Shown here one piece after another: positions 28,658-36,933 of a DNA stretch of 64,000 bases (positions are counted from its first letter, which is position 1; each line of letters starts with the position of its first letter). Source of the DNA: an uncultured delta proteobacterium. GTDB taxonomy: Bacteria; Desulfobacterota; Desulfobacteria; Desulfobacterales; CAVQMW01. The notes under the pieces were generated by a model that searched no databases, was not told the DNA's origin, and saw only the letters and a list, made by a program, of their open reading frames with translations. A program made the translations under genes and the position numbers. The stretch spans positions 1,291,074 to 1,355,073 of the forward strand of contig CAVQMW010000005.1 of assembly GCA_963713755.1 (NCBI GenBank). Direction: 5' to 3'.

Positions 28658-31488
28658 GCTTGCCTGTCGGGCATGAGGGGCTGGGAGTCATGTTGGGGAT
28701 TCAAGGGCAAACGAACGGTAAATCTTGCCCCGGCGCCCGGTTCCGAGGTGACGCCCATCTCTCCCCCATGGTTGCGGGTGATGATAAAATAGGAGACCGA
28801 AAGGCCCAGGCCAGTGCCGATGCCCACATCCTTGGTGGTAAAAAAAGGTTCGAAAATGCGCTTACGGGTCTCGGCATTCATGCCGGGTCCGGTGTCGCTC
28901 ACCGCCAGACAGGCGCTTTGGCCCTCCACCTTTAGCGAAAGGGTGATGCGCGGCGGGCGCGCCGCGGGTTGGGCGGCCATGGCCTGGGCCGCATTCCGAA
29001 TCAGGTTGAGCACCACCTGCTCGATCTCCCGGGGGCTGCAGGGAACCAGGGGCAGGTTGGGTGCAATGTCCCTTTCGATGGCAATGTGGCGAAAATCGTA
29101 CTTCTTTTTGAGATCATAGTCATGGGCCGCCAAGGTGACGGTGCGCTCCAGAAGCTCCGCCAGATCCGTGGGAACCGGCTTGGATTCGCTTTTGCGGCTG
29201 AAGTTTAGCATATCGCGAACCGTGCCCGAGGCGCGCTCCCCCGAGGCGCGGATGCCCTCGATGAAGTGCACAATGCCCCGGTTTTCCATGTAGCATGAGA
29301 TGGCCGCCATATCCGTGCCGCAGACCGCGGCGGCCTGTTGGTTGGCCGGAAGATTCGGGGAAATGCGGCGCTGGATATTCTGGGCGCTCTGGACCATCCC
29401 CCCCAGGGGATTGTTGATTTCATGGGCCATGCCCGCGGCCAATCCTCCCACGGAGAGCATCTTTTCGCTTTGCACCATCATCTCTTCCATGCGTACCCGC
29501 TGGGTGACATCATCCATGCGGATCACGGCCCCGCCTAACCCCTGGCCGCGAATGGGATAAACCATCAGATCATTATAGCGGACCTCGCCGCCAGCGCGAA
29601 CCGGTACTTTTTCCAGGGTCTTGAGCTCTTTCAGCGCCACGGCCTGGTGCACAACGGCCATCTGCCGCTCCAGGCGAGGAAACAGTTTCTCAAGGGGCCG
29701 GCCCAGGGCCAGCCGCCGAGGGATGTGGCGGGCCATTTCCGCTTCACGGTTCCAGAGGGTGACCTCGAACTCGCGGTTCACGCCCACCAGCACGGATGGC
29801 ATGGAGTCGATGATGGCCGTCAGGTAGTTGCGCAGCCGGTGCATCTCCTGCTGATAGTCGTGGGCATCGGTGATATCGTTACCGATGCACAGGTATTCGA
29901 CGATGGCGCCGTGGTCGTCATGAATCGCCCTGCGGGTCCAGGAGATCCAGACCGCATCCCCGTTGCGCAGCCGGCACTCGATGCCCTGGGAACGGTAGCC
30001 TTCTTCATAGCCGCCGATCAAATCCGGAATACCCGTGGGGGGCGTCATGCCCCACTTGTTGGCCGGCAGGATGGTTTCCGCCATGCCGCGGCCCAGCACC
30101 TCATGCTCCTGGAAGCCGAAAAAGACCTGGGCGAACTCGTTGAAAAAGGTGATCAGCCCTTCGGTATCCACCCGTAAAATGATACTGTTAGCGTTTTCCA
30201 CCAGCTCCCGGTACTTGGCCTCGCTGGCACGGATAGCGGCTTCGGCCCGGGCGCGGTCGGCCATCTCCTGCTCCAGGTTCCGGCGGTACTCCTCCAGTTG
30301 CGCCATGAAGGCATTGTAGTAGCCCGCCAATTGGCCAACTTCGTCCTTTCCGGGCCAGTTCAGGCGCTGGGAAAACCGGCCTTGGGCACCCTCCGCAAAA
30401 TGGCTCATCAACTGCCGTAACGGGCGGGTGATGGAGGCGCTGAGCAGCAGGGTGATGGGTAAAAAAAGCACCAGGGTGCCCAACCCGGTGATCAGGAAAA
30501 TCGTTTTCACGGTCTCTAGGGGGGCCTGAAACTCCCCCAAGTCGCTGGTGGAGGCTACAATCCATTCCAGTTCGGGAATGTGGTTGTAAATCACCAGCTT
30601 GTCCCTTGGCCTGGTTTCTTGGCCTTCGGCCCAGGCATAGACGCCTTTGCCGTTTTTTTTGCGGCAGATCTCCGCAATATAGGGAACCCCCCGGGCATCC
30701 ATCATCCCGTAGTGGTTGGCCCCCTGGGAGGTGGGATGGACCACCAGACTGCCCTGGGTGTCCAGCACAAAGGCATAGCCATGGGGTCCGAAGCGCAGGT
30801 TCAGGATTTGATCTTCAAAATCATCCACTTTGACCAGCTGGGTAAACTCGCTGCGGTAGGAGGAGACCGAGATGATCCAGTCCCAAGGCTCGAAATAGGT
30901 CATGTAGAGCGCCTTGGGCCGTTCCAGGATTTCTCCCGGATTTTTCCAGTCATACTCCAGATAACCGGTGCGGCGGGTCATCTGTTCGCGAATGAAGTTG
31001 TATTCGGACAGATCGGCTCCGGAAAGGCCCGTTTTGGGGTGCACCACGATCACCCCGGCGGAGTTGACGCAATAGATGTATCCGGTTTCACCGATGGTCT
31101 GGTTCAGCAGCACCTCGCGAGCCCGGCTGCGGGCGGTGGGGCCATCTAACCGACCCTGGCGTAATTGGTCGTCAAAATAGGCCACGACCTCGTGGTTTTT
31201 TTCAGCCAGCGCCCGCAGATGATTCTTGATTGAGACTGCGGCAGTGGTTTGGACCATGTCGCGGATGGCCCGGGTGGCGTTTTGAAGCTCCCGGCTCAGG
31301 TTTTCCTCCAGGGTGCGGCGCACAAAGCTGTGCATCACCACTCCGCCCAGACTCACCGTGAAGATAAAGATCGCCGAGTAGATGATCAGCAGTTTGCTGC
31401 GGATGCGCAAATTGTTGAACGCGTCGAATACATCCATAAAAGCCCTGTCTGCGGCAGGGATTGACTGCCCGCCATTTGCGTGCCCCAA
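28654..31488 (-). CDS. double-Cache / HAMP / PAS sensor histidine kinase
   Basis: A TM segment, then periplasmic Cache blocks (GYIYCVNSAGVIVVHP, YDWKNPGE), HAMP, two PAS domains, the H-box AAGMAHEINNPL and HATPase. The track start is TTG; ATG 31437 (MDVFDAF) is an alternative. Confidence 0.9.
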   Translation of the reverse strand: MGHANGGQSIPAADRAFMDVFDAFNNLRIRSKLLIIYSAIFIFTVSLGGVVMHSFVRRTLEENLSRELQNATRAIRDMVQTTAAVSIKNHLRALAEKNHEVVAYFDDQLRQGRLDGPTARSRAREVLLNQTIGETGYIYCVNSAGVIVVHPKTGLSGADLSEYNFIREQMTRRTGYLEYDWKNPGEILERPKALYMTYFEPWDWIISVSSYRSEFTQLVKVDDFEDQILNLRFGPHGYAFVLDTQGSLVVHPTSQGANHYGMMDARGVPYIAEICRKKNGKGVYAWAEGQETRPRDKLVIYNHIPELEWIVASTSDLGEFQAPLETVKTIFLITGLGTLVLFLPITLLLSASITRPLRQLMSHFAEGAQGRFSQRLNWPGKDEVGQLAGYYNAFMAQLEEYRRNLEQEMADRARAEAAIRASEAKYRELVENANSIILRVDTEGLITFFNEFAQVFFGFQEHEVLGRGMAETILPANKWGMTPPTGIPDLIGGYEEGYRSQGIECRLRNGDAVWISWTRRAIHDDHGAIVEYLCIGNDITDAHDYQQEMHRLRNYLTAIIDSMPSVLVGVNREFEVTLWNREAEMARHIPRRLALGRPLEKLFPRLERQMAVVHQAVALKELKTLEKVPVRAGGEVRYNDLMVYPIRGQGLGGAVIRMDDVTQRVRMEEMMVQSEKMLSVGGLAAGMAHEINNPLGGMVQSAQNIQRRISPNLPANQQAAAVCGTDMAAISCYMENRGIVHFIEGIRASGERASGTVRDMLNFSRKSESKPVPTDLAELLERTVTLAAHDYDLKKKYDFRHIAIERDIAPNLPLVPCSPREIEQVVLNLIRNAAQAMAAQPAARPPRITLSLKVEGQSACLAVSDTGPGMNAETRKRIFEPFFTTKDVGIGTGLGLSVSYFIITRNHGGEMGVTSEPGAGARFTVRLPLNPQHDSQPLMPDRQA

Positions 31489-31809
31489 TGGCCGTTGTTT
31501 GTCAAGGCGCTTTTATTGCGATTTTCAAATTCATGGAATCACATTTTTGTACGATTTTTACGTATTGGGATAGGCCGTTCATAACCACCTGATATTTGAA
31601 ATGGCCTCCGCCTTTTCGGGGTTTTAATAGTTGGCGGAGCCCATCATCCTATCCCCTAAATTTCCAAAATCCGGAACTATTTTTCAGGCACTGTGTAAAT
31701 TAAATCCTACACCTGTCAACCAACTACCCAACAATCAGCGCCCCACCTGGAGTAGAATCATTCATGTCTATCCGATATTGTGGTATTTAATATCAATCTT
31801 CCGTCCCCC

Positions 31810-31824
31810 TGGCACGTCTTTTGC
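31810..31824 (+). promoter_or_regulatory. sigma-54 (-24/-12) promoter
   Basis: Exact consensus TGGCAC-gtctt-TTGCT, 95 nt upstream of ATG 31919. Confidence 0.75.
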
Positions 31825-31918
31825 TGTCTCTATTGTTACCTCCCCGCAAACGAGAAGGCAGCGCCAGGGGAGATCCGGCATCACATATCCAGTGAGTACA
31901 ATACAAGGGAGGTGAATT

Positions 31919-32380
31919 ATGGGTAGACTGGACAGGACCAACCGATCCATTCTGTGGGTCGGCGATGATCCGTTTATACTTGACTGCGGCGCGAGAGCCC
32001 TGGAACTATTAGGATATACCCCCCTGACCGCCGGGTTCGATGCAGAGGCGCTGGGCACCTACTCCAGCCATCAAGGCGCCATCTGTCTGGTGATCTTCGA
32101 TATGATGTCAACGCCTCCAGACAAAAACAAGATCTCCCGCAAGATCTTGGAGATGAATCCGGAGATGAAGGTGTTGATCATCACCAGCAGCCAAAATGTG
32201 GGGGGCGATCAGGATTGGACCTCCCGGGGGGCTGTTGAATTCATCCAGGGGCGCTTTACCCTGCACACGCTTTCCCACAAGATCGAGGCGATGCTCGAGG
32301 GCAACCGGCACCACAGCGCGTTGGCCTATCCTGGGTTTTCCCGTCTGAGTCACTACCCGGGTTCCACCGCTCTAAACTGA
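31919..32380 (+). CDS. stand-alone receiver-like (degenerate REC) protein
   Basis: REC layout ILWVGDD .. LVIFDMMS .. VLIITSS. The conserved Lys position reads FIQGRF. Strong Shine-Dalgarno AGGGAGGTG. Confidence 0.6.
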   Translation: MGRLDRTNRSILWVGDDPFILDCGARALELLGYTPLTAGFDAEALGTYSSHQGAICLVIFDMMSTPPDKNKISRKILEMNPEMKVLIITSSQNVGGDQDWTSRGAVEFIQGRFTLHTLSHKIEAMLEGNRHHSALAYPGFSRLSHYPGSTALN

Positions 32381-32703
32381 AACGGCATCGATCTTATCCG
32401 CGGTTGTCCCGAAGGGTTTGCCCCGTTGGCGCCATTCGGGATGAATCGTCGCCGCCGCCGTCCTCTGCACTTTTGACGGCGACTCCCGCCTGCCATCCCC
32501 CACGAAGATCTGCCGGAGTCCCGGTCCTATCTCCTACTATTAATCCCATCTCCTAGTAATCTGATCGAAGCGGCGTTTGGATATCCTGGCCGCGGCATCT
32601 TTTCACAGCCTCGGTTTCCGCGACTTGACTCCTGGCTAAAAAGGCGTCAAAACCAAAAAAGACCTGAATATCCATGTATGCTTAGCCGGAATGGGGAGGG
32701 GCG

Positions 32704-33468
32704 ATGCGCCGCGTGATTTTCAATCAAAAAGGGGGAGTTGGCAAATCGACCATTGCCTGCAACCTGGCGGCCATGAGTGCCCGCTCCGGCAGCCGGACTC
32801 TGCTCATCGATCTCGATCCCCAGGCCAATTCCACCCGCTATCTTTTAGGCCCGGCGGCGGAAAATATTGAACCCACCCTGGTGGATTTTTTCAAAGAGTG
32901 TCTCTCCTTTAAGTTCTATCCCCAAGGGCTCAGTGCCTGTGTGCACGCCACGCCCCTGGACCAACTGGACCTGCTGCCGTCCCACGAGGCCCTCGACGAA
33001 ATCATGCACCAGCTCGATTCTCGTTACAAATTCGGGAAGCTGAAGGACGGCCTGAACGAGATGGACCGTTACGATGCGGTTTACATCGATACGCCGCCGG
33101 CCTTTAATTTCTACACGCTTTCGGCCCTGGTGGCCGCCGACCGCTGTCTGATCCCTTTTGATTGCGATGAGTTTTCGCGCCGCGCGCTTTACCGGTTGAT
33201 TGAGCGGGTCCAGGAGATCCAGCAGGATCATAACCGGGAGCTGGCCGTGGAGGGCATCGTGGTCAACCACTTCCAACAGCGCGCAAAGCTCCCCCAAACC
33301 CTGGTTTCCGAGTTGATTGCCGAAGGGCTGCCGGTGCTCAACACCCGCCTTTCCCATTCGGTCAAAATTCGTGAATCCCACCAGAAGGCGGTTCCCCTGG
33401 TCACCCTGGCGCCCCGGCACAAGGTGGCCCGGGAATTTGCCGAACTGTACGAAGAATTAAATCGGTAG
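32704..33468 (+). CDS. ParA/MinD-family ATPase (orphan, no parB seen)
   Basis: Deviant Walker A, NQKGGVGKST, plus ParA blocks DLDPQANST and IDTPPA. Confidence 0.9.
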   Translation: MRRVIFNQKGGVGKSTIACNLAAMSARSGSRTLLIDLDPQANSTRYLLGPAAENIEPTLVDFFKECLSFKFYPQGLSACVHATPLDQLDLLPSHEALDEIMHQLDSRYKFGKLKDGLNEMDRYDAVYIDTPPAFNFYTLSALVAADRCLIPFDCDEFSRRALYRLIERVQEIQQDHNRELAVEGIVVNHFQQRAKLPQTLVSELIAEGLPVLNTRLSHSVKIRESHQKAVPLVTLAPRHKVAREFAELYEELNR

Positions 33469-33551
33469 CTTCGCTTACTGAAAGGAATGCCGGACAGGTG
33501 CCGCGAAGCGAAGGCAGCGGATAGGATTTTCCGCAGGAGGAATGCTGGAAT

Positions 33552-33596
33552 AAAAAAAGCGGCCGCAGCCTCAAAGAGCGCCGCTGCCGCTTTTTT
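33552..33596. terminator. bidirectional intrinsic terminator between convergent genes
   Basis: An A7 run, an imperfect GC-rich hairpin gcggccgcagc..gcgccgctgccgc, then a T6 run. Confidence 0.6.
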
Positions 33597-33628
33597 ATCG
33601 ATGCTTACCGGGCGTGGCTTGCCGCGGG

Positions 33629-33886
33629 CTAGCGGGCCAGGAAGGTCTCCAGGTACTTGTAACCGTCATCCACGTATTTTTTAAATTCGTCACGACCGGT
33701 TTTACAGGCGCCGACCCAATCTTCCACGGCCTTGCGGCCTTCCGCCGGCACCCATTTGCCCTGATCCAGCATGTTTTTGACCATCTGCTCGGATTGATCT
33801 TGAACCATGGTCACGGCATTGAAGGTGTTGTTGAACAGGGTCTGGTTGAATTCCACCATTTGCTTCAGAATCTGAGTCTGTTCCAT
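33629..33886 (-). CDS. small helical protein, paralog A (function unknown)
   Basis: 85 aa with AAGGAG upstream. It shares LDQ..W.P.EGRKA...W..AC..GR..FK with the upstream gene. Confidence 0.6.
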   Translation of the reverse strand: MEQTQILKQMVEFNQTLFNNTFNAVTMVQDQSEQMVKNMLDQGKWVPAEGRKAVEDWVGACKTGRDEFKKYVDDGYKYLETFLAR

Positions 33887-33915
33887 TTTGATCTCCTTGA
33901 ATTTTAGATTTACGT

Positions 33916-34287
33916 TTACTGGCGTTTTTTGGTTTTGATCTCTTTTTGGGGTTCGCCCACGGGTGCCTTTTTGGGGCTGCCGGGTGCCTTTTTTGCGGCC
34001 GGTTTCGCCACGGGCGCATTCTTGTTAAGATCAAAGCAGCGTTCCATGCTGGAATAACTCTCCTGCACAAGAGATTTGAATTGCTCGCGCCCCTCCTGGC
34101 AGGCATCCATCCAGCTTAAAATGGCCTTACGGCCCTCAGGGGGAAGCCAGGCTGCCTGATCCAGAGTCATGGTCACGGTGGACGCGGCTTGGTTCTGGGC
34201 CAAGGTGAGGGCATCATAAAAACCTGCAAAGGTCAATTTTTGAAAGTCCATCATCTGCTGGGCGATTTGTCTGGGATGGGTCATCAT
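33916..34287 (-). CDS. small helical protein, paralog B, with Lys/Pro/Ala-rich basic tail
   Basis: 123 aa with GGAGAG upstream. Same core as paralog A, plus the tail APVAKPAAKKAPGSPKKAPVGEPQKEIKTKKRQ. Confidence 0.6.
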   Translation of the reverse strand: MMTHPRQIAQQMMDFQKLTFAGFYDALTLAQNQAASTVTMTLDQAAWLPPEGRKAILSWMDACQEGREQFKSLVQESYSSMERCFDLNKNAPVAKPAAKKAPGSPKKAPVGEPQKEIKTKKRQ

Positions 34288-34459
34288 TTTTGGCTCTCCA
34301 ATTTAAAAATTTGGGAATGCGATATTTCCGAGTTTCATCTTTAGGCCTTATTTTAATGTAAATTTTCCAAATGTCAATGAAAAAATTGTGCAGCGCACAA
34401 AAGTATCCTTGGCCTGCCCCAAGGGTATTCAAGGACGGTTTTAAAGGGATGAATGAATC

Positions 34460-35161
34460 ATGTCCGAAGTTGTAACCAACACTATCGGAATTGAGCTGGT
34501 TCCCCTGCCGGCGGGGTCCTTTACCCTGGGGGGGGATCCGGTGGCGGAGCAGGCCGATGAAAATGAACGGCCCCGGCATCTGGTGACCTTTCACTCCAAT
34601 TTTTCGATGGGCAAATATCCCGTGACCCAAGCGCAGTGGCAAATGCTGATGGCGTCTAATCCCAGCCATTTCCAAGATGCTGATCGGCCGGTGGAGATGG
34701 TTTCCCACTCAGATGCCCTCCGCTTTATCGAACGCTTGAACCAAAAAGAGTCCACCCAGGCCTATCGCCTACCCACGGAAGCCCAGTGGGAATATGCGGC
34801 CCGTGCCGGTTCTAGGAGCACCTACTGCTTCGGACCGGAACGAATGAAACTCGGCCAATACGCCTGGTACCGTAACAACAGTGAGGCCGGTACCCATCCG
34901 GTGGGGCAATTGCTGCCCAATGGGTGGAATCTTTACGATATGCACGGCAATGTGCACGAGTGGTGTTTGGACTGGTTCGATCGGAACTACTACGCTCGTT
35001 CCCCGGAAGTTGATCCCCAGGGACCTGCCAGGGGTCTGGCCCGCTCCTTGCGGGGCGGTGACTGGGGATCCGCGGACTGGTATTGCCGATGCGCCAGCCG
35101 GAGCTTAAGCTCAGCGGATCGCCGGAGCCCGCGAGTCGGGTTTCGGGTTGTGAAAGTTTGA
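34460..35161 (+). CDS. formylglycine-generating enzyme (SUMF1/FGE-sulfatase domain) family protein
   Basis: RLPTEAQWEYAARAG..GNVHEWCLDW..RGGDW..FRVV blocks. Confidence 0.85.
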   Translation: MSEVVTNTIGIELVPLPAGSFTLGGDPVAEQADENERPRHLVTFHSNFSMGKYPVTQAQWQMLMASNPSHFQDADRPVEMVSHSDALRFIERLNQKESTQAYRLPTEAQWEYAARAGSRSTYCFGPERMKLGQYAWYRNNSEAGTHPVGQLLPNGWNLYDMHGNVHEWCLDWFDRNYYARSPEVDPQGPARGLARSLRGGDWGSADWYCRCASRSLSSADRRSPRVGFRVVKV

Positions 35162-35217
35162 ACTTTGGGCGGCTAACGATTGAACAGGATTGTTGGGAAG
35201 CGGTTCGGGCAGTGAAC

Positions 35218-35253
35218 AAAAAAGCCGATCCTCTGGTGCTGCCAAGGATCGGC
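35218..35253 (-). terminator. intrinsic terminator for the acidic secreted protein gene
   Basis: The minus strand reads GCCGATCCT-loop-AGGATCGGC followed by TTTTTT. Confidence 0.65.
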
Positions 35254-35389
35254 GCCTATGTGCGAGTTTTTTTTGAGTTTGGCGGGCTCGACTCAGTTCG
35301 CCGGTAACCTGCCTTCCATATTCGAAATATCTATTTTACTGTTCCCGGCTTAAAATCCGCCACTCCATCCCCGTGCCGTTGCTGAAACC

Positions 35390-36274
35390 TCAATCGCGGC
35401 CCTTGTGGTCTTTGTCCTTGTCGTCGTCTTCGTCTTCGTCATCATCGTCGTCGTCATCATGGGGGCCACAACCCACGAAACCCTGCCAGACCAGTTCAAG
35501 CTCCTGATCCTGAACCAGGCCGACGCCGGGGCAATAGATTTTCACATCCTCATCCCCGCAACCATCTTCTTCCGTCGGATTGGTGTCATGGATCTCGATA
35601 CAGCCCGCCCATTGATCCCACTCCTGTCCCGTTGCCACGACTTCTCCGCGATCCACGGCCGTATCCAAGGGCGCAAGCTCCTGGAAGTATTTCGCGCCCA
35701 GCAGGGGGGTTCCAGGCATGATCAGGCCCGGCAGGGCCCCATTTACCCCGGCCTCCCATGAACCTTCGTTGCTTTCATCGTCGCAACTATCATTTTCATT
35801 GAACCCATCCGGACAATCCCGGGACCATTCGCCAAAGTAATAGACCGCATTGGTCTTTTTGCAGATCGCAAAGTAGTTCCGGGAGATTTCAATGGTAACC
35901 CATTCACCCTCATCATCCCTTTCCAATGCGCGTTCTTCCACCACCCGGGTTCTGATCCTGCGCCCATCGAGCTTGATTTTTTTGGTTTCACAGAGAACGG
36001 TTTCCACGGACATTTCCTCGTCGGATTCAAGCACCACCCGATAGCCCGGTTTGAGGATAAAAAACGGGTTGGCGCCCCGGGCTTTAAACTTGCAGTCTTC
36101 CAGCCGAAAGTCGGTGGTAAATTCGCAGTTATTTTCACAGAGATTAAGATCCGGATTACCGAATACGCTGCACTCTTCTTCCGCGGCTGCCATGGGGTTG
36201 AGGATGAAGAGCGACAAAAAAAATACCCAGCCAAAAATGGAAACTGTAGATCTTGAGATGTTGAAGGGTTGCAT
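35390..36274 (-). CDS. secreted Cys-rich protein with poly-Asp/Glu C-terminal tail (function unknown)
   Basis: Signal-like N-terminus IFGWVFFLSLFILNPMAAA, 14 Cys, and the tail HDDDDDDDEDEDDDKDKDHKGRD. AAAGGAG upstream. Confidence 0.6.
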   Translation of the reverse strand: MQPFNISRSTVSIFGWVFFLSLFILNPMAAAEEECSVFGNPDLNLCENNCEFTTDFRLEDCKFKARGANPFFILKPGYRVVLESDEEMSVETVLCETKKIKLDGRRIRTRVVEERALERDDEGEWVTIEISRNYFAICKKTNAVYYFGEWSRDCPDGFNENDSCDDESNEGSWEAGVNGALPGLIMPGTPLLGAKYFQELAPLDTAVDRGEVVATGQEWDQWAGCIEIHDTNPTEEDGCGDEDVKIYCPGVGLVQDQELELVWQGFVGCGPHDDDDDDDEDEDDDKDKDHKGRD

Positions 36275-36590
36275 TGGACGCTCCTTTCATTCTGGGTTTT
36301 CGATGCGTTATGGGGATGGGGCGGATTCAGTTCGGAGTCTAAACGATGAACATTACCTGCGGATTACCCCTACATTATTTATGGGTAATGTCCGTACGGG
36401 GAATCCTGGCGTTGGGTGGGTGGGAAGGTCGCAGAGCGGCTGTAAGCCGTCCGGGTAAAAAAGTAGAGGGGAGTGAGAGTCAATACGAGGGCCAGTGCGG
36501 ATATTGTTCGCGCCGCTGCGATCCAGCACCATGTCTTAACCAGAATGGCGCCGCTGGCGAGTGATAGGGTCGACTGCGCGGGGCTGAACC

Positions 36591-36884
36591 TCATCCGCGC
36601 TGCAGCCGGTGAATCAACACGATATTACGGCTGTAGTTGCCGATGCCGATCAGCTGGCCGATGATAAAAACCGGATCGTGGCGCTGGATGGCATACACCA
36701 ACACCATTAAACCGCCGGTCAGGCTGATGAACCAAAAGGAGAGCGGCACATGACTGAGCTTCCTTTTTTCCGACGCGATCCATTGCACGATCCAGCGTGA
36801 AAAAAAGAGGGCTTGTCCCAAAAATCCCAATGTTGCCCAGGGATTGAGCATCACTTCTTGTAGTTCCAACCACCAGGTGCTCAT
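36591..36884 (-). CDS. lipid-A-disaccharide synthase N-terminal domain (LAB_N) small membrane protein
   Basis: 97 aa, 3 TM, with LGFLGQALFFSRWIVQWIASEK, which is typical of the LAB_N family. Confidence 0.7.
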   Translation of the reverse strand: MSTWWLELQEVMLNPWATLGFLGQALFFSRWIVQWIASEKRKLSHVPLSFWFISLTGGLMVLVYAIQRHDPVFIIGQLIGIGNYSRNIVLIHRLQRG

Positions 36885-36933
36885 GACGTCGGTTCCCCTG
36901 CGTCCCGGACGCGATAGTCAAGGCGCCGTTTTT

